NCBI GenBank assembly: GCA_963666985.2
Contig: CAXXIA010000002.1
Location: 480,001 to 544,000, forward strand
Direction: 5' to 3'
Length of the DNA: 64,000 bases
Source: Spirochaetia bacterium
GTDB taxonomy: Bacteria > Spirochaetota > Spirochaetia > DSM-2461
This document shows positions 31,540 through 40,759 of this stretch, piece by piece. The notes beneath the pieces were generated by a model, which made no database searches, was not told the DNA's origin, and saw only the letters and a program-made list of their open reading frames with translations. How positions within the stretch are numbered: position 1 is the stretch's first letter; each line of letters opens with the position of its first letter. The position numbers were made by a program, and so were the translations under genes.

Positions 31540-31837
31540 GTCATTCGTTTTTTAAATTCCGCGATAATAAAACAGAACGCTATATTAGTTAATGCCGATT
31601 ATCAAGTAGATAATAGTTAGGTGAAGCCTTGATGGAACGCAACCGCGAAACAGGCCTCCGGAGTAAGATTTCACGAAAGAGCTCAAGGAAGCTTCATTCC
31701 GGCCGGTTTCCTTTATGAGGGTTTCCGTATTTTAAATCTTTCCAAACCGGCAGCCTTTTTCCCGAGTGCCTTTTTAAGGTTATAAATCCGGTTAAAAATG
31801 CTTATTCTTGGCGCGATACGCGTAAATCCATATGATG

Positions 31838-32087
31838 GAGGTGATTTCAAAAATCAGCGATTTTTGAAACAAAGCTCTCAGCAGGCTGTTGAAAAAGTAA
31901 GATTTGGTTCGAAGATAGCGAGCGAGACTCGCAGCTCGCTGCCGAATCAAGCACAGAAAGCGCAGCGTACCGGCTGTACGTGAGCATTTCGAGCATTGAT
32001 TCAACGCCGTATACGCCTGTTAGAAAGCGAGTCCTGAGGGTTTTTGATTATCGGATTTATGCAATTTCATGAATTATGAAATTGCCT
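31838..32087. repeat. Composite intergenic repeat: module A, ~140-bp insert, module B
   Basis: Module A 31838-31866 and module B 32024-32087 match the reverse complement of 40587-40693 (module B 53/64 identical). Confidence 0.8.
31879..32023. mobile_element. Putative MITE/REP-like non-autonomous element
   Basis: Starts CAGCAGGCTGTTGAAAAAG and ends GCCTGTTAG; internal hairpins; absent from the homologous site at 40651-40664. Confidence 0.5.
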
Positions 32088-32263
32088 TGATAAAGCGTCG
32101 GATTTTTCGCGAGGGCCGAAAAAACGGAAACAAGATCCCCCTGCGTTATAATAATGCCGTATTCAAAGGCGGCTCCGAAAAATCGGCCTTACGTTCCGTT
32201 TTTGTCGGCCGTTTTGCCGCTTATTTTTATATTCATTGATTTCATTGGTACGGAAGAATTGTC

Positions 32264-33007
32264 ATGAAGAAACAGGAAACGGACATCTATGAGAAACTGA
32301 TCGGGGAATTTAAATCCCTGATAGAATCGGAAAACCTTTGGAATGAAGAGGTTATCATCACCGGAAGAACGCTCACCAATCAGGAAGCCATCGGAACTCC
32401 CGACAGAACGGATTTTCCCCTTCTTACGGGAAAAGAAGCACTGATGGAAGCCCGGTTTAAGGATTCCCGCGGTCAAGCTTTCACCGAATGTCCCGGTCCT
32501 TTCCGGGGAACATTGAAAGATATTATTGATTCCGCGCTTGAATCCAATCATAAAAGAGCCGTTTTCGTCGCCTCGCTGAACGCGGTGACATCATATCTGA
32601 AAAAGACTGAAGGAACGGTTCATTGCCGGGATAACGAGCCCGAAATCTGCGCGGAGAAACTGAGCGAATTCATTCGGGAAAAACACGAGAATCCCAAAAT
32701 AGCCCTGGTAGGCTACCAGCCGAGCATGCTGGAAAACCTCAGCCGCGGTTTTGATGTTCGTGTTCTGGATTTGGACCGGGAAAAAATCGGCAGTATCCGT
32801 TACGGTGTTACCGTTGAATCAGGACAAGACGATTGGCCGAAAGTCCGGGAGTGGTGCGACATCATCCTCTGCACCGGCAGCACCCTGGCGAACGGAACCC
32901 TGCCGAATTATCTTACGGACAAACCGGTTTACTTTTTCGGCACAACCATCGCCGGAGCGGCGGAACTTCTGGGCTTCAAACGCCTCTGTCCCTGTTCTTC
33001 AACATAA
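32264..33007 (+). CDS. DUF364-like Rossmann-fold protein
   Basis: EAIG.P.R.DFP...GKE, GQAFT, RA...A.LNA, HCRD.EP..C, TGST..NGT. Confidence 0.75.
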   Translation: MKKQETDIYEKLIGEFKSLIESENLWNEEVIITGRTLTNQEAIGTPDRTDFPLLTGKEALMEARFKDSRGQAFTECPGPFRGTLKDIIDSALESNHKRAVFVASLNAVTSYLKKTEGTVHCRDNEPEICAEKLSEFIREKHENPKIALVGYQPSMLENLSRGFDVRVLDLDREKIGSIRYGVTVESGQDDWPKVREWCDIILCTGSTLANGTLPNYLTDKPVYFFGTTIAGAAELLGFKRLCPCSST

Positions 33008-33108
33008 GAATCGAATTTTTTGCATTGACGGACAAAATCGGCCGTCAATGCAAAATTAAAGGACTTGAGCGCACAGGAAACCAAAAGCCTCCTGTACGCT
33101 TTTTTTAT

Positions 33109-35127
33109 TTATCGATATTCAAGATCCTCGCAGAGCCGATAGAAGGTATTCGAAAAGTCCGTAAAGAATCCGTCAACACCGGCTTCCAAAAGGTCCTTCA
33201 TCTGCCGATAGCCGCCTTCTCCTTCTCCGGGATATCCGTCGTTCGAATACCCCAAGTTCTTGATGTATGTGGGAAGAGAGTCGTTACGGACCGTATAGGA
33301 ATGTACCTGAAGACCGGCGGCATGAGCGAGTGTAACGTAGTCGGTCTTTACACCCGTACTGTTACCGATAATCAGCTTCTGATTCGGTCCGACCCCATAG
33401 GCATACTCGGCGATTCGGGCGAAATCCTCGGCGGAGCTCATATCCGCGTAGGAATATTGATTGCCGTACGGAACCGTAGACGAGTCGTTACTGACCAGCT
33501 GAATAAGGCGGATATCCGTCTTGGCGCTCAGTTCCATGAGATTCGTATCTTCAAAAGACTGAATCAGGACGGGCGAGGTCTCATCCGTGTAGCCGTATTT
33601 ATTGAGGATTCGAAGCAGCTCATCCTCCATGGGAAGGCCCCAATCCTTATGCAGTTGAGGAGCCTTAGTCTCAATATACAGCCCGATAACCTTGTTCAGT
33701 CGCTTGGATTCGCTCCGGATGAATTGAACGGCTTCCTCGAATGTGGGTATGGAGCCCACTTTATAATCAAAGGTATGACTTACCGTTCGCGGAGTCGTCG
33801 TGCTGTTATACCGCTCTTTCAGAAGCAGAGTTCCGAGTTCCTCCCGAGTAAAATCCTTGGGCAGCCACACCCGGTCTTCGTAGTCAACAACGGTTCCGGA
33901 CGCGTTTACCGGTTCTCCCTCATCATTCACGGCGTACCGATCCGGGAATTTATCTTCCACGTCCGTCGTGGCGCTCAGCGTCACATCATGAAGACACATA
34001 AGAACACCGTCCTTGGAGCTGACGACGTCCTGTTCCACATAGTCCGCCCCCCATTCGATGGCAAGCCGGTATGCTTCAATACTGTGCTCGGGCCGGGCGC
34101 CGCTCGCACCGCGGTGCGCTATGATAAGGGGGTAAGGATCCGTCGAGTCCAGCACAATCCGGATATCGGCGGTATCGCTTCCGGCGCGGCTTCCATCCGC
34201 GGCGTAGGCGAGGACATCGACCCTATAGTACCCCGGAACTTCGTCTTCGCCGAAGCAGAAGCACGATCCGCAGGTGGAACGGAGTTCACCGTTGATATAC
34301 CAGAAATAGACAATGTTCCCGGAGTAATCGGCGACACTCGCGCAGAGAGTGCCGGAACTTCCGTAGACTTGAGTTTCGGATGCCCCGGAAAGCGTCACCT
34401 CAAGAGGATTCTGCATATCCGCGTCGATGCTTACGGAGATGCTTCCTCCCGTCGAGTTGATATTGGAAAATTCGTAGCTGCCGCTGGTTTCCTGATCGGC
34501 GATAATCCGAACAATCTCCACCGCGCCGGCCACGGATGTTTCGCCGTCTTTAAGGATAAGGGACAGTGTGTAATAACCGTTGCCCACCTCGGAACTGGAG
34601 TATGAGGCGGTCGAATCGGAAATCTCGAATTCCAATTCCTGGGCCGTTCCCAGAGCCGGTGTCAGCGTGGCGTAAATCGAAGGGGAGAGAACATCCTCCG
34701 AGGGCCAGCTTACCGAGACGGACAGGGTTCCCGTTCCCTCAATGGGCTCCACCGAAACATTAACCGAAGCCGCATCAGAACCCACGGTAACGGTTGATGT
34801 GCCGGAACCGATCAGCATTCCCGATTCGTTAAGGGCGTACACCAGGATTGTCCAGGAACCGTAATCCAGTCCCTTCGCGGTAACCGATTCACCGGTCGTC
34901 GTGGCCGCGAAGGACGCGCCGTCCGGACCGGATCCCGTTATCGTATACGAATATACATCCATGCTTATGGACGGAACCAAGGTCAATGCGCTGACCGAGT
35001 TCTCTATTTCCACAGTCAAACTGCCCGAACCGGAGTCGGACAATGCCGCGCCGCAGCCGATTATGGACGCAACGAGCGCGAACGCCGCCAGGGCGGCCGC
35101 AAGAATCCCAAAACGATTCTTTTTCAC
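33109..35127 (-). CDS. Glycerophosphodiester phosphodiesterase (GlpQ-like) lipoprotein with N-terminal beta-sandwich region
   Basis: Lipobox IIGC; IAHRGASG.RPEH, EQDV, HD, YIETK, IQSFE, GFFTDF; GTG start at 35127 after GGAG. Confidence 0.9.
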   Translation of the reverse strand: MKKNRFGILAAALAAFALVASIIGCGAALSDSGSGSLTVEIENSVSALTLVPSISMDVYSYTITGSGPDGASFAATTTGESVTAKGLDYGSWTILVYALNESGMLIGSGTSTVTVGSDAASVNVSVEPIEGTGTLSVSVSWPSEDVLSPSIYATLTPALGTAQELEFEISDSTASYSSSEVGNGYYTLSLILKDGETSVAGAVEIVRIIADQETSGSYEFSNINSTGGSISVSIDADMQNPLEVTLSGASETQVYGSSGTLCASVADYSGNIVYFWYINGELRSTCGSCFCFGEDEVPGYYRVDVLAYAADGSRAGSDTADIRIVLDSTDPYPLIIAHRGASGARPEHSIEAYRLAIEWGADYVEQDVVSSKDGVLMCLHDVTLSATTDVEDKFPDRYAVNDEGEPVNASGTVVDYEDRVWLPKDFTREELGTLLLKERYNSTTTPRTVSHTFDYKVGSIPTFEEAVQFIRSESKRLNKVIGLYIETKAPQLHKDWGLPMEDELLRILNKYGYTDETSPVLIQSFEDTNLMELSAKTDIRLIQLVSNDSSTVPYGNQYSYADMSSAEDFARIAEYAYGVGPNQKLIIGNSTGVKTDYVTLAHAAGLQVHSYTVRNDSLPTYIKNLGYSNDGYPGEGEGGYRQMKDLLEAGVDGFFTDFSNTFYRLCEDLEYR

Positions 35128-35519
35128 TTTTTTTCTCCCAATGTGTTTCAATCACCGGATGAACGGAACCATACCGGGAAACCGGCAAATTCCATGATCC
35201 GCACCAATATCCAAATCCTCGGGAATTAAAAAGACATAAGAGAAGGGTTAATAATAATTAACAAATCCATCCGTAACGGTTAAAAGATTTAATCAATTGA
35301 GGCTCTTTCAAAATACGCTCACCAAACAGCTGCGATATTCAGCTTTCCGGTGGATTTGATAAAAAGACGGCGAGCGGAGTCCGCAGCTCATCGCCTCCGG
35401 AATCCGTCTGTAAAAAAACATGGCCGCGCGGCTCTTTTTTCGCTGTATGATATTAGTGAGTACAAAGTACCGAATCATTAGACGGATGTACCGTCATATC
35501 GATTGCAGACGAGGTGATT

Positions 35520-35942
35520 ATGGAAAGAAAAAAATTTGACGATTATATTAACCGTTTCAACGCAAGAGATGAAACAGCCTTCGAAGATTACATTCATCCC
35601 GATGCCAAAGTAATCAACGGAACGCTCGAAATCCATGGGATGCAGGGCATGAAAGACCACTACGCCAAGATATGGAAATCCATTTCCGAAGAACTGCACG
35701 TGGAACGCTTTGTGAGTGACGATCACACACTTGCAATCCAAATGTGGACGCACTTTGCCGTGCAAAAAGACGATAAGGATTCCCCGTTCGGTCCGGTTAA
35801 GGCCGGGGAATCCTTTGATTATCACGGCGTGATTATGTATCGGATTGAAAACGATAAATTCACTGAGATAAAAGTCGCCTATCTCAGTTTTGCCCGCACG
35901 GACCTAACGGGAAAAACAACCGAACTCGGGATTCCGCATTAG
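35520..35942 (+). CDS. SnoaL/NTF2-like protein
   Basis: YINRFNARD, IHPDA and YRIENDKF pattern; SD GAGG. Confidence 0.8.
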   Translation: MERKKFDDYINRFNARDETAFEDYIHPDAKVINGTLEIHGMQGMKDHYAKIWKSISEELHVERFVSDDHTLAIQMWTHFAVQKDDKDSPFGPVKAGESFDYHGVIMYRIENDKFTEIKVAYLSFARTDLTGKTTELGIPH

Positions 35943-35970
35943 TCATTTTTCCCGCCGCTTCCGAGCCCGG

Positions 35971-37158
35971 CTATTCCTCTTTTTCCGTTTCAAACGGCCT
36001 GTGATACCCGAGACCCGCAGAATACCCGAACTCCGCGAGTCCGTGCCCCTTCACCCCGTTGAGAACCACCGAACAATAAGCCTCGTTCACCTCGAATCGA
36101 TTATTGTTCATCAGCCAGGGCATCTCGGGCTGCCTGCGGTCCACTTCCAGAACACAGCGGCCCGATCCCGTCACGCTGAAATCCAAATTGAACTTCGCCG
36201 GTATAATACCGTCGTTCCCAACATCCATCGGATCAACCACGCCGTTCACGGGAAGAACACCGCCTTCCCCGGCAATCCATCCGGAGGCCAGCCTCTTGAA
36301 CGAATCCCCGTAATCCACCGCGTGAATCGCCGCGTAGCGGGCCTTTACCCCGGCAATCGGCACTTCTTCATCCAGCGCCAGAACGGTCCAGATATATCGG
36401 TTGATGAAATTCCAGTTCCTTTTCCCCCAGGAATGATCCCTCACCCCCCGCATATCGATGCCGATCGTCTTCTCACCTTCGATATCAACAGCCCCCGTAA
36501 GACGCCCTCCCTGCTCGATGCGCACCTGCTTCTCGGAGCGGATGCGCTCGAAATACTCCCGGCTCCAGGGCATCTCGGCCATGGCCAGCCCCATTCCCCG
36601 GGCATCCATGCAATCGGCCGAACAATAAAGAGGCCCGTCGGCCGTCCAGGTTAAATTAACCTTCGACGGCCGCCCCTCCAGCAAACCCTCATAAGAAATC
36701 CGCCAAACCCCGTCTTCCATCCTCTCGTATGTCAAACCCGAAGAAGAAATGAGCGACTGGTCGGCATCGGCGCGGCCCGTAACGAACCGCTCGCCGTTGG
36801 CAAACCGCCGGCCTCCGAAAGCACCCCAGAACCAGATTTCGGCAATCTCGCCGGCGTCCCGAAATCCCAGACGCGTTAAAAGAACATTCCCGGCGCCGTC
36901 GGCGCCCTGAAAAACGAAGGAATCATTATAATCCTTCACCTCGATGCCCTCGGGCACCGGTACACGGGCCTCCGCGGGAGCCGACGACTGCCACTCCGGT
37001 TTATCCTTAGTCCTGGCGCCGGACTTAACCATGGCGATTGCAGCGGCGTTTTTAAGACGGCTTCCTCCGTTGGGCACCAGTCCGTCACGGCGGCGCGGAC
37101 GGGAGAAAAGCAGCAAAAGGAAACAGAGAACGACAATGGAAATAATGATGGGTACCAA
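35971..37158 (-). CDS. Membrane-anchored beta-barrel protein (tocopherol-cyclase/AttH-like, RDHSWG motif)
   Basis: TTG start after AAGGAG; N-terminal TM; DSFVF, EQGG..G, GVRDHSWGKRNW, G.G..EF. Confidence 0.7.
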   Translation of the reverse strand: MVPIIISIVVLCFLLLLFSRPRRRDGLVPNGGSRLKNAAAIAMVKSGARTKDKPEWQSSAPAEARVPVPEGIEVKDYNDSFVFQGADGAGNVLLTRLGFRDAGEIAEIWFWGAFGGRRFANGERFVTGRADADQSLISSSGLTYERMEDGVWRISYEGLLEGRPSKVNLTWTADGPLYCSADCMDARGMGLAMAEMPWSREYFERIRSEKQVRIEQGGRLTGAVDIEGEKTIGIDMRGVRDHSWGKRNWNFINRYIWTVLALDEEVPIAGVKARYAAIHAVDYGDSFKRLASGWIAGEGGVLPVNGVVDPMDVGNDGIIPAKFNLDFSVTGSGRCVLEVDRRQPEMPWLMNNNRFEVNEAYCSVVLNGVKGHGLAEFGYSAGLGYHRPFETEKEE

Positions 37159-37307
37159 GGCGGGGCTCCTTAAAAAAATGAATACGGCCGGATGCGCTTT
37201 CTTGATTCTATCATGAAGCCCTATTAGGATGGACAGATGGTTTTGAGCTTCAAAATTAAGCCTGCAAAACCACATCCAACATACCGCCGCGCCCCACGGA
37301 GGTCATC

Positions 37308-39875
37308 ATGCCCATCATTCCCATCGAAGAACTCAAACCCGGCACGGGAGGCGGCAAAGCCTCCGGACTCGCGGAACTCGCACGGCTGGGACTCAGGGTT
37401 CCGCCCGCTTTGGTGATCCCCGAAGCCGATCCGCTGAACCTTCCCCAAGACATTGAACGACGCTGGAAGTCGATGGAGGGCGGCCCCGCGGCCGTCCGTT
37501 CTTCCGGATCGGATGAGGACGCCGATGAAGCCTCGGCCGCGGGTCAGTTCGAAACCTTTCTGAACGTTTCCCCGGAGAATCTGACCGACGCGGTCCGCCG
37601 ATGCGCCGAATCGGTACAATCCGAACGGGTTCTCGCCTACGGAAAGGAGCTCTCCGGTTCCACAGGCGGCAACATGTCCGTCGTTATCCAGGCCATGGTT
37701 AAGCCCGTCCGCGCCGGAGTGGTGTTCACCGCACACCCCATCACCGGAGAAAAAAACGTCATGGTTGTGGAAGCCGTGGCGTCCCTCGGCGAAGAGCTGG
37801 TGTCCGGCCATGCCGAAGCCGCCCGCTACATCCTGAATAACCCGCCGGCCGGCGGCATTGGCGGCGGCGAAACAGGCAAAATCGCTCCCGATACTCCCCG
37901 CGGACAGAACATTCCCGCGGGCGCTCCCGGATTCGCCGAGAAGTCCGCCGCCGGCAGCGAAAGCGGACTGATTCGGAACTCTTCCGGAAATCTCGAATCG
38001 GCGGCCCTTGATGAAGAGACTCTGGAAACCATCCGCTCTGGCGCCGCTCTGGCCGCCGCCGAATGGGGCGTGCCTCTGGATCTGGAATGGGCCCTTGAAG
38101 AAGGCACCGGTTTACTTCATTGGCTGCAGGCACGCCCCATCACCGCCCTGACCGACTCTTTGGACAGTCACATCGGCCCCGAGACACTTGTTACCCGCTG
38201 CAACATCGGCGAAATGATGCCCGGAGCCGTAACGCCCCTGACGCTCTGTACTTTCGGCCGCTCCCTCAGCACGGGGCTGGCCGATTATTACAGAGGTTTC
38301 GGGGCCTTACCGCGAAAAGGGCCCGAACCGAGCTTCATAGAGAATTTCGAAGACCAGCTCTTCATGAACATGACCAACTTGTACATTATGAGTCATCGGG
38401 TTATGGGAGCCACCGTCGAAGGAACGGAGCTCAGCATTCTCGGTTATGTCTTGCCGCCGCACGAAGCGGGTCCTCAAGCCCCCTCCCATATAAAATTCAT
38501 CAACGGTCTGCGCTATGTCGGAAGTCTTTTCCGATGGAAAAAGAAACTCCAAGCTCTGAAAAAACTCGCTCAAAACAGCCGCATCGAAACAGACGGCCTG
38601 GACGCCGCCGAAATACTCAAGAAGTTCAAAAACGCTCATCCGCGTGTTATGAACCGTGCGGTAACGCTCCATTACGGTGCCAGTGCGTTTTCGGGCGCCA
38701 TGAACGCGGCTCTGGCCATGACCCTCTCGGGAGGATCGGCGGATGTCACCGAAGAGGCCAAGCGCCTCATGACCGACCTTTTGGCGGGAGTGGAAAACGT
38801 GGAAAGCGCCGCGGTCCTGGAAGGTCTGGAGGAACTGGCGTCCCTGATCCGAACCGAAGGCCTCGAAAGTCTGCTCGGTACAAAAAAAACTCCCGCCGGA
38901 GAGGTTCATGCCGCCCTTTTGGCTGACGAAGGCACTGTGGGAAATGCTTATCGGGCTTTCATGAACCGTCACGGCCACCGCTGCATCCGAGAAGCGGAAC
39001 TGCGGGAACCCGAATGGAACTTGAAGCCGGATCATCTGATCGAATCGCTTAAATCCCTTGTGTCTTTCCCGCCCAAGAAGACAACCTCGGCGGGGCCTGC
39101 GGCAGCCGAGAACAACACGGCAGCCGAGAACAACACGGCTTCCGCCCGGCAGTCAAAAACCGAACAGGAATTGCCCGATCTTCCCGAAGGGATTAATCCA
39201 AAAGTCATCGCCTGGATCGCCAAACAGGCTCGAAGCGGCGTCCGGGCCCGGGAAGAATCCAAATCCTACCTTATCCTGGTGATTCACCGCTTCAAAGTCG
39301 CCGCCAGAGCCCTGGCCGCCCGCTTGGAAGAAGAAGGGTTCCTTCCCGATGCCGACCTGGCCTACTTTCTCACCATGGACGAACTGACCGACCTCGTGGA
39401 AGGCCGCCGGACGGGACTCATCGGCCGCGCCCGGCGGCGCAGGCGGCTCTATCCCCAGCGCATGGAACTCCGCTTTCCGGATCTTTCTTGGGGCCGTCCG
39501 TCCCCGGAACCCCCGCCGGTTCCGGACGGCAAATCCGTTTTAAACGGAACACCGGTCAGCCGGGGCATTGTCGAAGGAACCGTCCGCATCGTAAAAACCC
39601 GCGAAGACGCCGAATCCCTTCGGGAAGGAGACATCATGGTGGCGCAGTTCACCGACATCGGATGGACACCGTTCTACAGCCGCGTCTCCGGCATGATTAC
39701 CGAAATCGGGGGGGCCCTCTCCCACGGTTCTGTCGTCGCCCGGGAATACGGGCTGCCGCTGGTGGGCGGTTTAAGCGGTGCCTGCACCTTTCTGAAAAAC
39801 GGCGACCGCGTAAGACTCGACGGCGGAAGCGGCAGCGTTATACTGCTTGATCGAGAGGAAGCGGCGGCACGATAA
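37308..39875 (+). CDS. PEP-utilising phosphotransferase (rifampin phosphotransferase/PigC-like architecture)
   Basis: GGKA..L, AVRSS..ED...S.AGQFET, DLEWA, LQARPIT; C-terminal TDIGWTP and SHGSVVAREYG. Confidence 0.9.
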   Translation: MPIIPIEELKPGTGGGKASGLAELARLGLRVPPALVIPEADPLNLPQDIERRWKSMEGGPAAVRSSGSDEDADEASAAGQFETFLNVSPENLTDAVRRCAESVQSERVLAYGKELSGSTGGNMSVVIQAMVKPVRAGVVFTAHPITGEKNVMVVEAVASLGEELVSGHAEAARYILNNPPAGGIGGGETGKIAPDTPRGQNIPAGAPGFAEKSAAGSESGLIRNSSGNLESAALDEETLETIRSGAALAAAEWGVPLDLEWALEEGTGLLHWLQARPITALTDSLDSHIGPETLVTRCNIGEMMPGAVTPLTLCTFGRSLSTGLADYYRGFGALPRKGPEPSFIENFEDQLFMNMTNLYIMSHRVMGATVEGTELSILGYVLPPHEAGPQAPSHIKFINGLRYVGSLFRWKKKLQALKKLAQNSRIETDGLDAAEILKKFKNAHPRVMNRAVTLHYGASAFSGAMNAALAMTLSGGSADVTEEAKRLMTDLLAGVENVESAAVLEGLEELASLIRTEGLESLLGTKKTPAGEVHAALLADEGTVGNAYRAFMNRHGHRCIREAELREPEWNLKPDHLIESLKSLVSFPPKKTTSAGPAAAENNTAAENNTASARQSKTEQELPDLPEGINPKVIAWIAKQARSGVRAREESKSYLILVIHRFKVAARALAARLEEEGFLPDADLAYFLTMDELTDLVEGRRTGLIGRARRRRRLYPQRMELRFPDLSWGRPSPEPPPVPDGKSVLNGTPVSRGIVEGTVRIVKTREDAESLREGDIMVAQFTDIGWTPFYSRVSGMITEIGGALSHGSVVAREYGLPLVGGLSGACTFLKNGDRVRLDGGSGSVILLDREEAAAR

Positions 39876-40026
39876 TCACTCAATCGGGATTGCGCGTCAG
39901 AGCGGGAGAAACGGCATTTACAGCAAGCGCCGCCACTGTTCCGCCCGCGGTTCAAAAACGCACCGTACGCGATAATTGATACGAAATTACAAGGATTTTA
40001 TAATAGACCCTCCGGAGGACAACTAA

Positions 40027-40512
40027 ATGACCAGCGAAGAAATGGAAAAAAAGATTCTGGAACTTGAAGCCCGTCTGCGGCGAACAGAAGACATCCAGGC
40101 AATCCATGCCGTTCAGCGGAAATATATCAATGCCCTGATCTGCACCGAGTGGGATATCTGTGCCGATACCTTTTCGAAAGACGCCAGAGTAGACGTTTAT
40201 CTGCATGATCCGGTTCAAGGGCGCGAGAATATTCGGCGATGGTTTAAAGAAGAACTTGCCCAAACCCACGCGGGAAAGGAAGGCGATATCCTGGTTCATC
40301 CCGAAATCACACTGGATGGGGATTCGGCTAAAGGCAAATGGCTTCTTTACATGCAGTACTCCTATCCGAGAACGGGCCAGGCTCTTTTCTGGGTACAGGG
40401 ATTCTATGAAAATGAATACGTCAGGGAAAACGGTGAATGGAAAATCAGTCTCATGAGCTGGAGTGAACGCATGGGACTTCCCGGCGGCGGACCGCCCGAA
40501 GGACTCTGGTAG
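40027..40512 (+). CDS. SnoaL/NTF2-like protein (BaiE/LinA-like)
   Basis: LR..ED..AI..Y, HPEI..DGD.A.G.W, Y.NEYVR.NG.WKI. Confidence 0.82.
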   Translation: MTSEEMEKKILELEARLRRTEDIQAIHAVQRKYINALICTEWDICADTFSKDARVDVYLHDPVQGRENIRRWFKEELAQTHAGKEGDILVHPEITLDGDSAKGKWLLYMQYSYPRTGQALFWVQGFYENEYVRENGEWKISLMSWSERMGLPGGGPPEGLW

Positions 40513-40586
40513 GAAATCCGTTTTCATGAGGAGCTCTTTGGGAACCGTTCCAATAGAGCCCTCATCCGATAAGGATTTTCACAACG

Positions 40587-40693
40587 AGGCAATTTTGTAA
40601 TTCATGAAATTGCTTCCATCCGATAGCCGAAATCCCTCGGAACTCGCTTTAAAATGGCTCTTTTAAAAAACCGCTGATATTTGAAATCACCTC
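40587..40693. repeat. Composite intergenic repeat (modules B and A) without the insert
   Basis: Reverse complement aligns to 32024-32087 and 31838-31866. Confidence 0.8.
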
Positions 40694-40759
40694 AACGAGA
40701 GTTCCATTATCAGGCGGGCATTTTCCCGGCTCCCGCTTCCCGACTTCTTTATCGACTGT

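Noticed and set aside
31540..31830. c-di-GMP riboswitch upstream of the MCP
   Set aside because: Some stems are present but I could not find the conserved GEMM motifs
32833..34605. 590-aa plus-strand ORF
   Set aside because: Antisense shadow of the GDPD gene; no recognisable motifs
37308..39875. Calling this gene ppsA or rph
   Set aside because: Domain order excludes true PEP synthase, and rifampin specificity cannot be established from motifs alone
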